Assembly: GCA_032718475.1 (NCBI GenBank)
Contig: JAUCBJ010002322.1
Location: 1-61,459 of the forward strand
Reading direction: 5' to 3'
Length of the DNA stretch: 61,459 nucleotides
Source: Nemertoderma westbladi
Taxonomy: Eukaryota > Animalia > Xenacoelomorpha
Shown here: one piece after another, positions 23,300 to 35,340 of the stretch
Numbering within the stretch: the stretch's first letter is position 1
Layout: every line of letters starts with the position of its first letter
The notes under the pieces: generated by a model
Databases searched by the model: none
What the model was told of the DNA's origin: nothing
Seen by the model: only the letters and a program-made list of their open reading frames with translations
Made by a program: the position numbers and the translations under genes

Positions 23300-24144
23300 A
23301 TACCTGATAGGTGAATCCCAGAAAGGTTAACGTATATGTATGTACTGTATAACGTAAGGTAATTGTGATAGGGAAAGTACACCGATTTAGTTGTAAGCTG
23401 TCAATCTAAAGTACAAATATAGGGTTGCAGGTTGGGTTATAAGGTTGGGAGAAGTTGATAGGGAAATCCCAGGAGTGGTCATGTGTCTACATACTGAATG
23501 GTATAATTGGATTAGGTAGGTTACATAGGATTATGAGGTATCTACTTAAAGCGCATGGTTAGGTAGATCTATATCTAATCTAATCTATACATACAACCCC
23601 CCACTTAACGTAGCAAGACCAGCAATCTAAACCCAATGTTTTGTATAATACACCCTATATTCTATATCTTACACAACTACAGTGCCCTCTATAGCGAATT
23701 TCCGGGGTTTTTATGTGCTTTTCCCCTACCTTCCTTTTTGTTTTTGTCTTGGTTTTTTCTGTTTCTTGTGATTTCTTACTCTGTAAAAATTACAGCTATC
23801 ATTATGTTGCATTCTACCTAACCATGCGCTTTAAGTAGATACCTCATAATCCTATGTAACCTACCTAATCCAATTATACCATTCAGTATGTAGACACATG
23901 ACCACTCCTGGGATTTCCCTATCAACTTCTCCCAACCTTATAACCCAACCTGCAACCCTATATTTGTACTTTAGATTGACAGCTTACAACTAACTCGGTG
24001 TACTTTCCTTATCACAATTACCTTACGTTATACAGTACATACATATACGTTAACCTTTCTGGGATTCACCTATCAGGTATTCCCCTTTAAAACTTATATA
24101 TATATATATATAGACCCCCACCTTTTCCTGTTAGTTGCCAGTAC

Positions 24145-24184
24145 ATAGTCTGATGCAGACCGGTAGGTCGAAAACGTTTACTAT
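24145..24184 (+). ncRNA. Variant minimal type I hammerhead ribozyme motif (right arm copy)
   Basis: ATAGT CTGATGCA GACC-ggta-GGTC GAAA ACGT TT ACTAT: stem I, stem II, palindromic stem III (AACGTT); core has one extra nucleotide relative to CUGANGA. Confidence 0.6.
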
Positions 24185-24703
24185 TGTATCTTTATCTAAT
24201 ATAATATAACCAGCTAAAGACCCTCAATACTTTATTTTTTTTTTTTTTTTTATCATCTTTACACTATGTTTAATTTAGATATAATGGATTATGAATTACA
24301 GTATAATATTAATTCAAAATATATATTATAGGTACTTAGCTTCTCTTTGTAAATATTATTAACATTACAATAATAAATTATACGATAAGATTGTGAGCAT
24401 ACTGCAGTATCAAATATTTATTATTGCAATAATAAAAATAACATATTTTCTACAGCATTAAAAATATTTTGTTAATGTAGTAATAATTATTTGTAACAAA
24501 TATTTATTACTGCACCATAAATCTGATGATTTTACAGTGATGCTGATTACTGTCAGTGTCAGTCGAACTGATGCTGATCAACTTTAAATAATCTCTTAAA
24601 CTCTTAAACTACTTACCTTCAAATAATACTAAATCGAACAGAGTTATACCCTCTTTGGGAAAAACTATTGCTGAGCTATAATTTTCACTCTTAAACTACT
24701 TAC

Positions 24704-24861
24704 CTTCAAATAATTCTAAATCGAACAGAGTTATACCCTCTTTGGGAAGAACGATTGCTGAGCTAATGTCACCGGCGATGTTTCCAAGTTGGTTTGGGAA
24801 GTACCATCCGAATTCGAGGATCATGTTTGGTCCGGTCAATTGGTCCCGGTACAATATCCAG
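24704..24861 (-). CDS. Secreted beta/gamma-crystallin-type protein, exon 2
   Basis: ttacag acceptor and gtaagt donor; phase matches exon 1 (AT+C=Ile); WILYRDQLTGPNMILEFGWYFPNQLGNIAGDISSAIVLPKEGITLFDLELFEG. Confidence 0.82.
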
Positions 24862-25302
24862 CTGTAATTAACATGTATGTCATTAACAGTGTCACCTGGA
24901 CGAGCACCATCATACTGTATTGTACATGTGGATATTATAACATCTTCAAGTACAGTCGTCATCTTGAAGACATCAACGCTGCATGTTCTATTTATTATAC
25001 TGTTATGGTAATGTTATTTAATGTTATTCATGTTATATCATCAATAGGTATGTATGGCAGATTAGATGCAGATTGTTGAATAGTTTCTTGAAGTGTGTCT
25101 TCCAGCCAGTCAGCTTTTTGGCAGGTACATCTAAATGTCTACATTTAGTCGTCTCCTAAATGTTTGTTCAGTTTTCTGATCGATTTCTGCCCTACAGTAG
25201 TGCCTTCTACAGGTCAGAATTAGTTTTGAACTAACATTTAAATATTATTGGAAGTAGACCAAGACCACACAGTGGGGGTTGAGGGGCTTACTTATTTAAT
25301 AA

Positions 25303-25665
25303 CGGATAGATCGTTTTACAGAACAAAAGGGAACACAGTAGAACACACTAGAATACAAACCAAACATAAGCGAACGCAATTGTAAATAAAATCAGAACCA
25401 AAAAATCCTGGCTGAAGCACTTCTGGTGCTATTATTATTGTACTGCCGGTGCCTTATACCAGCCATACTGGTAGAGGACTGTACAATAGTACATGTGTGA
25501 CAGTAGTAAGACAATTCTCCATGGTTACAGGATAATTAAAAGTATTTTATTTTTGATGTTCTGCAATATTAATTAATCTCTGGTGTTCGCCTATGTTTGG
25601 GTTGTATTCTAGTGTGTCTACTGTGTCATTTTGTGTTCCCTTGTGTTCTGTAAAAATAAATACCC
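25303..25665. mobile_element. MITE with imperfect ~75-bp TIRs
   Basis: TTTTACAGAACA..GGGAACACA..CACACTAGAATACAA.CCAAACATA.GCGAAC inverted at 25585-25655; flanked by 8-bp TTTAATAA duplication. Confidence 0.65.
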
Positions 25666-26157
25666 TTTAATAATGATCTCCCTGCAGTCAGCGTGTCGTT
25701 TTTTTTAATATAAATTCAATGTCAGGCTTACTTCCGATTTATTTATTCACCTACAGCATTAAAAATATGTATTATTTTTCATATAATAATAAACATATTT
25801 TAATAAAATATATTATATTATATTACTTTAATTGTATAATATTTTGCTTGTACTACTGCAGTAATTGGGGGTGGTATACCTTTTGAAAACGCCAATCCAT
25901 TTATGTTTGGCATGTGTAGTGTAGCATATACGTGCTACTAACAAAACAACTAAAATTGCGCAAATAAAAAATTATGACCTATGGCCTACTCTCTCTATGT
26001 GACAGATCCCTTTTTATTTACCACTGGTAAAAAATAAAAACATTACTCCCTCCTCAGGTATAACCCAGTTGAAACAAATAAGTACGAAAAAATTGAAAAA
26101 GTTTCACCAAAAAGTGAATTTTTATTGAGAAATATAAATTCTAAACACACAACTTAC

Positions 26158-26396
26158 ATGCCACATATGACATTAACCGCCGAGACTTTGTTTTCTATAC
26201 CAAGACTAATGAACTCTGTCTGCGAAGTCTCTTGAACCAACTCCACCATGGTGCCTACCATGTTGTCCCCATCTTCGTCGGTATACAGCTGTATCAGTGG
26301 GGAGCACCCTGGTACCTCCTTGTCCATGTCAACTTCATGGCCACACACCATAGTGACCACTAAGGCCACTACTAGCAGACCACTATGTATTAACAT
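26158..26396 (-). CDS. Secreted beta/gamma-crystallin-type protein, exon 1
   Basis: ATG, hydrophobic signal peptide MLIHSGLLVVALVVTMVCG, then IQLYTD...LGIENKVSAVNVICG Greek-key motif; gtaagt donor. Confidence 0.82.
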
Positions 26397-27045
26397 TGCG
26401 GTACAATACGTATGTGCTGTATGTATTGTACTAATACTGTAATATGTATGTAAACGATCTATGTAAAGTTAAATTCTCACAAACATTAATTCTACAGAAT
26501 GTAGATTATTAAGATGTTTGGTTATATCTGCCTCTGTTGGTTGGTTATATTTCACTGTTTTCTTCCTGTGGACTACGGTCATTACTACATAGATCCCGTA
26601 ATCGCGCCTGTTCTCAGTAGTTCAAATTATACACCATGCATAGAACAATGACGGGATTAACTAATCAATGAAGGGAGCATGAAGCAACATTTGTTAATTA
26701 TATGATGAGTTAGAATCAGGTGACATGCTGTTACATAAAACACATAACAGCTGTCATACGAATTTTCATCATTGATCGAATGTTGTTACATGTATTCCAA
26801 TGTATCTTACCATTACCTACTATAACATTAGGAGGTCATGAACTAACTCAACTACCATCATCTCAACACAATAATAATTCCAACACAATTAATAATTAAA
26901 ATGTCTAATAATACAAATTAGAAAGATGGACGATATATAAAATAATATATTATTACAGTTGTATGTAAACGTGTTACATAACATATAATTACCAACAATA
27001 ATTTATAAAATAGTTCCAAAATTGTTTAAAAAAAAAAAGTTTTAG

Positions 27046-27218
27046 TAATAATAAATACAACATAATGTAGTTATAATAAATACAATATATTGTAGTTATA
27101 ATAAATACAAAATATTGTAGTTATAACAAATACAAAATATTGTAGTTATAATAAATACAATGTAATGTAGTTATAATAAATACAATATATTGTAGTTATA
27201 ATAAATACAATGTAATGT
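27046..27218. repeat. 25-bp tandem repeat (~7 copies)
   Basis: TGTAGTTATAATAAATACAATATAT units. Confidence 0.9.
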
Positions 27219-29439
27219 CGTTTGTAATCGATTTTTCGAGCCTCCTTAGGCAAACATACAAAATACACTTCTTCGGGACTCTGATTTTACAAACGAAATA
27301 ATTACAACATAATTATTCCCCATTTCCTTATCCCGCCGTAATATTCATCCCAGAAATAGTCGCTGTAATATTTATCTCAGAAATATTCACCAAAATATTC
27401 ATCTCAGAATATTATCCAATATCCCATATTATGACTCATATGACTCATTGTCCCAACCCAGACATCCTTAGTTTTGGCGGGCGTGCCAAGCCCTGCCTCG
27501 TCCGCCCAACACACTCCATCCATGGTACCATCCACGGTCTATTGTTATCCAATACATCCCTTCCCTTACACCGGCCCTCAGCACACAGCCTACTGCCACC
27601 ACCCAATAGCAGTAGGGAATGAGTGACTAGTCACCTTCAAAACTCCATCCAGGCACCAATAATAATTAGTCTATTATAATGAGTAATCATATTTTTAACA
27701 TGGTTTGAACGTAAAGTCTCTGCCCAGAAAGTCCACCTGCGCGCAGGTGATAATTAGGGGTCAACTCCATATTGACTCCACATCGGGTTATAAATAGGGC
27801 CGCATCGGGACAAAAAAGAAGAGTCTTCAACACCAGCTGACTGAGGTGAGCCCTACTCCTCAGTACAGCAAAAGTTTAGCCTAGGAGTCAGCTCTGTTCC
27901 AAGTTGGGGCCGTCTTTGTCGCTGGGTCGGGCCTGCGAAAGGCTTTGAGATTGCCAGGAACGTTAGACGAATCCACCATTGGTTTGAGTTTACTGGCTAA
28001 ATTGGTTCGGAACGCTTGTGTGCTTACTTTTGCCTGCCGGGCAAAATAAGCAGCGTATCCATTGACTCGGCTCTGTCATACGGTTGTGCTGGTGCACTGA
28101 CCGCAGGCTATATGTTTATTCCAGGTTCGACAGAATAAACTATATAGTCTGAGAGCAAATTGCAGCTAACCCTAGACTTTTAGACTCATACGGTAACCTG
28201 GTGTTCCAATAGTTCCAATAGTTCCAATAGCGTGAAGCTGCACCAAGTTTATTACGACGTTTTTCACAATTATAGACGTTTTCACCATTGTTAGATTTTC
28301 TTTACCCTTTATTTGTATATTTTTTCCGGCGTATTTTTAGCAAAACAAAACGGCTAAAAATACGGTAGATTTTCTCTGCATTTTTGGATTATTTTGAGGC
28401 TAGAGGCCAGAGGTTTTTCTACAGAGTTACAGTAAGCTATTTCATTTGTTTAGAAGGAAGCAATATGCCGTATTATTTGGGAAGAACAGAAAATCACTGT
28501 GTTTTTGTACTATATTGAAAAGTTGTGGATGTCCGTAAATAATAACAAGTCAATGAAGAACCTTGTTCTAGTGGAAATTTTATGTTAGCCGAAAACCAAA
28601 ACACTAAGCGAAAGTAGAGCACTACCCGGAACCTCTTTGAGATTCAAAGCCGTTTTAGGAGCTTATCGTGCCAAGGAGCACGAGAAATCCATTACATAGT
28701 TATACATTAATACAAAACAAAATTTTTACAGTTTAGACTATACATTGAGTATAAAATATAATCAGCTAACAATAGACCTTGCTTCGCGCGGACATGTTGT
28801 TCTAGGATGGTGTTCACTGACCGGACACAATGAATATTTATCGAGCAAATGTCCAAATGATGATAATAAAGGAAAAAATACACAATAATTAATGAACATA
28901 ATTTCATAACTTATAGATAAATGAATTTAATTTATGCATTATGTAAAAACCATAAAAAAATACACCAAATGGTGTGTATAGGTATGGTGCAACATAACAT
29001 ATACACCCTGGGATTACCCCTAAAGATTTGCATCTTATTTCCAAGAGGTAACTTCCAACTAGCCTTCCTTCAAACCTGAATATATGAAAAACTGACGGTA
29101 GCGCTGCTAATTTATTTTATTTACTTTTTTTAGACCATAATTTTATGAACTTTTAAAATCTGAAAACGTCTTAGCGAAACAGACAAGTGGGTTTTGTGCG
29201 CTTTACCTTTTTTCCTTATATATTATGTGTCCTTTACTGCATCTTTTTCAGGCAGTTATTGCAGTTACCCGGTGCAGCATTCTTGTGAATGTTCCATCGA
29301 GAGATGTGGTATCCTCAGCAGTTAGAGCCCAGCATGGACTCCCATAAGAGTGAGTATAAGAGACTACTACTGCCATAAATAATCGAACCTTAAGGTTCAT
29401 TTTTATTCTTTGGGACTTCCAAATCTTGTACAGCTTACA

Positions 29440-32223
29440 GGTCAGGTCAGGTATTCTAGGTCATTCATCAAGAAAACTTGCCACCTCCATGCAGCATAAA
29501 GGAGGTGCCACCTGTAGCTGCATAGACGCTCTTACTAGGGCAAATGTTGTCCTGTAACTAGGACCCCCATCGTTCTGGGATAAGGACGCCGTTGGTCCTG
29601 GATTAAGGACCCATATACTTGGCTGCAGGGGTAATCAATCAATCAATCAATGTATATTTTAACCCATATGATAATTTATAGATATATGCACATGTTACTT
29701 CAATATATAAATATAATACAGTATATATGCATTTACATGATAATAAGTGCACTTTTTTAAGGAGAAATTCGAATGGGTTTGGAGGGCAGCCAAATAGCGT
29801 AGCTAGTGGACGGCTGCTCACCAGAAAAGGTACATGGCTTGAAGTAATATCGGTTGTGGGGTTGGGGGGGGGGGTAAGTGTAGTAGAGTAGAATGTAGTA
29901 AGGGTAGTAAGTGTTAGAAAATAGTAAGCGGTGATAGGGTAGAGCCATATATTAGCCTTTTGAATAAGATTTAGATTTAGTATAAGTTGTAATGGCGTAG
30001 ATGGAAGTGAGTTAAAGTAGTAGATCACTGAGATTTATTTTTTATAGTTATTAATATATATCTTGTCAATGTGTCACCAAGGTCAAGGTATCACGCGATT
30101 TGAAAGGGGTACATCTAGGGGGGTGGTGTAAATACTGGTATTTGGAGTATATGGCCTGGCCAGGCAGATGGTGATCTACCAATGGCTGGTCAGGAGTAGA
30201 GTGTTCTCATGTCCACTCTGAGTACACTTCACTGCGACCTGCACTTGGCAGCAGGGGTACAGGGCATGACCCAGCAGATGAGCTGCACAGCCAAGAGTAG
30301 ATATGGGTGATGGGCCTCATATCTGACTCCACTGCGACACCCACCCTGTGGAACGGCAAACCAGGGTGTGGTATTTGCCCCGAGAGCTGACTCGGCAAAA
30401 AAAAAAGCACCCCCCAACCCCCTACTATGGATTACATTAGTAATGCGGACTAGACTCGGGTCCCCAATGCGACAAGGTGAGCTGACTGCCTTGGCAGATA
30501 AGCTTTCTCTTAGCGCAGTGGGTGTTCAAGAGCACCGAATACAGACTGGACAGACTGATGAGGTTCTGATTAAGGACATGGGGTGCGGTTGGCGACTCGC
30601 CCTTGCTTCAGCAGATGATAGTGCCAATGGTGGAATTGGTCTATTGATGAATCCAACTGCAAATGCAGCATTGGACCAGCATCTGAGTCTGTACTCCCAG
30701 ATATTCCCATTGGCGATATCTCCTTTGCAGAAGTGAAGGCTGCTGCAAAGAGCATTAAGACCAATCGTGCCAGTGGAGTAGATGGTGTTCCCCCTGAGGT
30801 CTTTAAAATACCTGAGTGTTTAAAGCTCATCTATCCCATCATAGTAGACATGTACCGAACAACAAGAGTCCCACAAGAAAAGAAAACAAATAAGTTGGTG
30901 CCAGTTCCCAAGAAGGGCAACCTAACACTCTATGGTTCTTTTCGGGGAATCTCATTGATCTCGATTGCTGCAAAGCTATACAATAGAATTATATTAAATC
31001 GCATCAGGGATCCCATTGAGAGACTGCTCCGTGGAAATCAGAATGGGTTCCGTAAAGGTCGTGGGACCATGGAGCCCATTTTGGCACTTAGAAGGATAAT
31101 TGAAGAGTTATCATAAAAGAAAGACAGGCATCTGGCTGTTATCTTTGTTGACTTCTTCAAGGCCTTTGATTCAGTCTCTCGCTCATGTATTATTGCAGCA
31201 ATCAGATCAGTATACGATGGTTCGTCAACATTTGTGTCTACTGTTGATGGTGACACAGAACCATTTGAAGTGTTATGGGGCGTCCTCCAGGGAGACACAC
31301 TTGCACCAATCTTGTTCATAATTGTGGTTGACTATGTTCTACGCATGTCCTTAGATCATCATAATGATGATGGGGTGATGATAACTCCACCTACTGGCTC
31401 CAAAAGTCGAGGAAATCCTGCCAAGTACCTAACTGATCTAGACTTTGCTGATCACTTAGGAGTACTCTCAGAATCACTAGAGGGAGCCCAACGGCTCCTC
31501 AGCTCATTAGAATATGCTGCTTCTAGTGTTGGTCTTTTTATTAACTCCAAAATTTTGACAGTTAACTTTGAAAGTCCTCAGCAAGTCTCTGATCGGATGA
31601 GCTTAAGCTCAAAAGATGGTATGCTTGAGCATGTGGATGAATTCTGTTACCTGGGATCATGGATCCGGAAGTCAGGTGAGGACCTTCGAATACGTAAGGG
31701 AAAGGCATGGGCAGCCTTGAATAGGCTTTCCAGGATTTGGAAGTCAACGAGAATTAATCGGAAACTTAAGGTCCGATTATTTAGAGCAGCAGTAGTTCCA
31801 GTACTCCTCTATGGGAGTCCAAAACTCTGGATGGCACATTCACAAGAATGCTACGCCGGGTTCATTGTGTCAAGTACAATGCACACATCTCCAACCAGAC
31901 ACTATATAACATTGGAGGTGTCTCATTGGCTCCCCCAAGCTTGACACTAGAACAAAATCGACTCCGCTTTGCAGGACATTGCTTTCGCCGTGAGGACCAG
32001 CCAGTGCATAATCTTGTACTTTGGCAGCCTCATGGAGTGAATAAGCATGGTGGACAGCCCATGACTTTCTTGAGAAGCTAATTAAAGGACACTGGCCTTG
32101 AAGATGCGGATGATCTAGCAAATGTCATGGGTGATAGGGAGTTGTGGCGGTGCAATTTTGTCGATAAGCCGGCACAGCATTCTTAAAAATGCAGCTGCAA
32201 TGCAGCATGCCGATCCTAGTAGT
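29440..32223 (+). mobile_element. RTE-clade LINE (family A), internally deleted and frameshifted
   Basis: VGVQEHR endonuclease start, RASGVDGVPPE, PVPKKG, RGISLIS, QNGFRKGR, GVLQGDTLAP, DLDFADH, RLRFAGHC; TAGTAGT tail; 5' UTR shared with 33740-34510. Confidence 0.88.
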
Positions 32224-32229
32224 CTATGC

Positions 32230-33050
32230 ATTATATATTGACGACTTTAAGCAAGAAACTTAATGATACAAACGTAGGATGTAAATTAAATAATCATAAG
32301 ATTAACCATCTTTTATATGCGGATGATCTTTCTTTAATTTCTAACTCCATAGCAGAGGTCTCCATAAACTTACAGATACATTTGTAGATTACGCTAATAG
32401 ACATTCCATTGTAGTCAATATCAAAAAATCAAAATACATGTACTTCGTACCTAAATCATGTAAATCAAGCTTGGTAGGTATGTTCAGCATTAACGGTAAA
32501 CCTATTGAAACTGTAAGTAAGTATAAATATTTAGGCCACATATTTCACTGTACCACGGACGATAGTTACGACATACTCAATCAGCTGTCCAGTTTATATT
32601 AGAGAGGTAACTTCCTCATTCGTAAGTTTAGTTTCTGTGCGAAAACTGTTAAATTAAAACTGTTCCGTTCTTTCTGCACGCAGATATACTGTAATTCTTT
32701 ATGGGCAAGGCAAAATTATTCTCTTACAATGTATAATCGATTATGGGTAGGTTACAACAATATAATTAGAAAGTTATTTGGATTTTCGTACGACAGTAGT
32801 GTGTCCTATATGTGTGGAGCTCTAAATCTTCCAAAACTCGTTCATATCCGCCACAGTGCGTTGGAGTCCCTGTTGCATCGCATGAGATCTTCTGAAAACC
32901 GTGTTTTACAAACAGTTGCCTTAGTATGTACCACGAGCCGTATCATTGGTGCCAAATCTAATGTTGTGCCACAAACGTAATATTGTAATGCCGTACGTCC
33001 TTTTGTTCTTCTTCTTTTCTTTTTGTTTAATGTTTATAACTCTTATACTC
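32230..33050 (+). mobile_element. CR1/L2-group LINE 3' fragment
   Basis: NVGCKLNNHKINHLLYADDL, YKYLGH, VKLKLFRSFC motifs with stops. Confidence 0.75.
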
Positions 33051-33254
33051 TATCTTACATAATAATATTTTTAATTGTACTATTTTTATATATTATTGTT
33101 CTTTGTCCTGCTCGGGGCCCTTTTTCTAACGTAAATATTTAATCTTTTAATAACCGATCTTTATTTATTGCTAACTTGTCACTGTGCTTTACTCGATATA
33201 TAAATTTACCGGTATTTTTATGGGCTGCTATATTAAGACTGGAATAAAGATAAT

Positions 33255-34510
33255 AATAATATAGACCAAGGGCGATGTGGATGTGATGCAGGCTTTGCAT
33301 TAAAGTCACCCAGGAAAATGAATAATGCATGCTGATCCACTCCATCAGTAGCTGCTTGTAGATTGTAGTATAAATTTTCCACCTCCTCTACTGGGAGTGG
33401 GGCAACACTAGTTGGAGAAGCACACAATGAGAACAAGTCAAGACCAATGAACAACAACGAAGACAAGAACAATGAGAACATTATCAAGTCTTCCAGAACA
33501 TGAGAAATGACAGCTAAATGATGCGGTTGGAAATTTTGTGTGTTTTGTCGAATGCTGCATGTGTAGTTGAGTTGTATTTTTTTCATCAATTTATCAATTC
33601 CACCATTACCACTATCATTTGCTGATGCTAGGGCGAGTTGCCACCCCCCCCCCCCCCCATGTCCTTAATCAGAACCTCATCAGTCTGTCCAGTCTGCATT
33701 CGGTGCTCTTGAACACCCACTACACTAATGGAAAGCTTATATCTGCCATGGCAGTCAGCTCCCATTGTTGCATTGAGGACCCGAGTGTTATGGTATTAAC
33801 TGAGGCTAGTCTAGTGAATTGCCTTAGGTTCACCAAAAAATGCTTGGTTAGTCGGGGTTGGACATGAGAGTAACCTCCAACTCCAGAATCCCTCTCCACC
33901 TCACAATCTGGCCTCCCTGGCGACCAAGGGTATGGGCCAGAATGGTCATCAGGAAAGGGACTCACATAATTGTTGGCCACTCTCTCTACAGTAGGGGGTG
34001 AGACAGGCAGCCGATCAGGAGATAACTGACGCCTTTGAGGCCAATTGTGTCCGGTAATTCCACTGGCCTCTAGTGGCCAGACCTCCGCATTACTAACGTA
34101 ATCCATAGTGGGGGTTGGGGGTGCTTTTTTGCTGAGTCAGCTCTATTTCCAACTAAATCCACCTGTACCTCTCCACCTAACTTCCAGCCAGTCCACCTAG
34201 ACGATTTTTGTTGGAAATAGTGTTCCACCTTGTTTCTACATGTTTGAACATGCGTGACTGAACCATTGTTAATTCACCGGGAACGTGCCTTGAATTCACC
34301 AAGATAGGTTTTGCAACAATCCCCCCCATCATGCCTCCTTTGAAACGTCAAACCCAGAACCAAGGGTGTTCCCATCCCAGAACTAAGGAGGTTGTAGTTG
34401 CAGGACCTGGCAATGCCCTTATTAAGAGGGTTTATGCAGCCAAAGGTGGCACCTCCTTTTTGCTGCATGGAGGTGGCAAGTTTTCTGAATCAATCACCCA
34501 GAATACCTTC
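33255..34510 (-). mobile_element. 5' portion of another RTE family A copy
   Basis: 5' UTR homologous to 29450-29600 and 30380-30450; endonuclease remnants RLASVNTITL and IFLGDFNAK. Confidence 0.7.
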
Positions 34511-34789
34511 TACACAGTCTTTGAAGGAACCTGTGAAACTGTCCCAGTAGTGCTCATTCATTTCATTTCATGCCCGGATTCCACCAGTGGTTCAATTATT
34601 ATTTTAATTAGCATATTTAAAAATAGCATTAAAAGCTCATTGGAAGGCGCTAGCACTGACTGATTAAAAACGAGAAGAACATAAATTATAATATTGTCGA
34701 ATATTAAAATATTGAGTTTATTTAGTATTCAAGCAATAACAGTAACAGTGGGGCCCTGTTAGATCCCTCTCAATACATCAAATTATATT

Positions 34790-35340
34790 TCAAAAGTGAT
34801 CCGGATCAGTGATCCATATTTTTCGGCCCAACCCGATGTCGATTTTAAACAATTCATGGACACACTCTTTCCTGGCTTGGTATGGGTTGTTAAAAATTTG
34901 CCACATGTTATAAATGTAGTAGTATATAAATTGTTCCTTCATCGCTACCTCATTATCCTCATTGCGTTTTAAACCTTTGAAGATTGACTGTAGGCAATAT
35001 TTACCAGTGTAGCTAGGGCCTGAAGGGTGGGGATTCCGAGTTTTCATCAACCAACCACATAGTCTGTTAATAGTGCAGAGTCGTCTTTCCCTGCTGGATG
35101 TTGTACAAACAGGTGAAATATTTTGAACCTTCCAATTCCCACAATTAAAGCTTGAGTAATTCAACCTTGCATTAGATATTACCACCAAAGAGTCGAGAAC
35201 GTCAGTATTTCATAGAGCTCTTTCAGCAGATTATTCGACAGATAATTTACCTAAGCGAAGTAGAGATCTTTGCGCTTTTCTCCAAGTAAACTCAAGATTC
35301 CCGACTAAGGCCACATCAACATTAGCTGACCCATACATTA
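34790..35340 (-). mobile_element. Decayed LINE C-terminal fragment
   Basis: LEFTWRKAQRSLLRLG resembles the 3768-4400 fragment; contains stops. Confidence 0.35.

Larger units (their letters stand above)
9898..24265 (-). mobile_element. Penelope-like fold-back element (inverted pseudo-LTRs) whose left arm is split by the Bel/Pao insertion
   Basis: Left arm 9936-10124 + 23305-23567 is the reverse complement of right arm 23813-24268; 12-bp TSD ATGTTTAATTTA (9886-9897, 24266-24277); ~38-nt unpaired tail 9898-9935; hammerhead-like motif in each arm. Confidence 0.75.
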
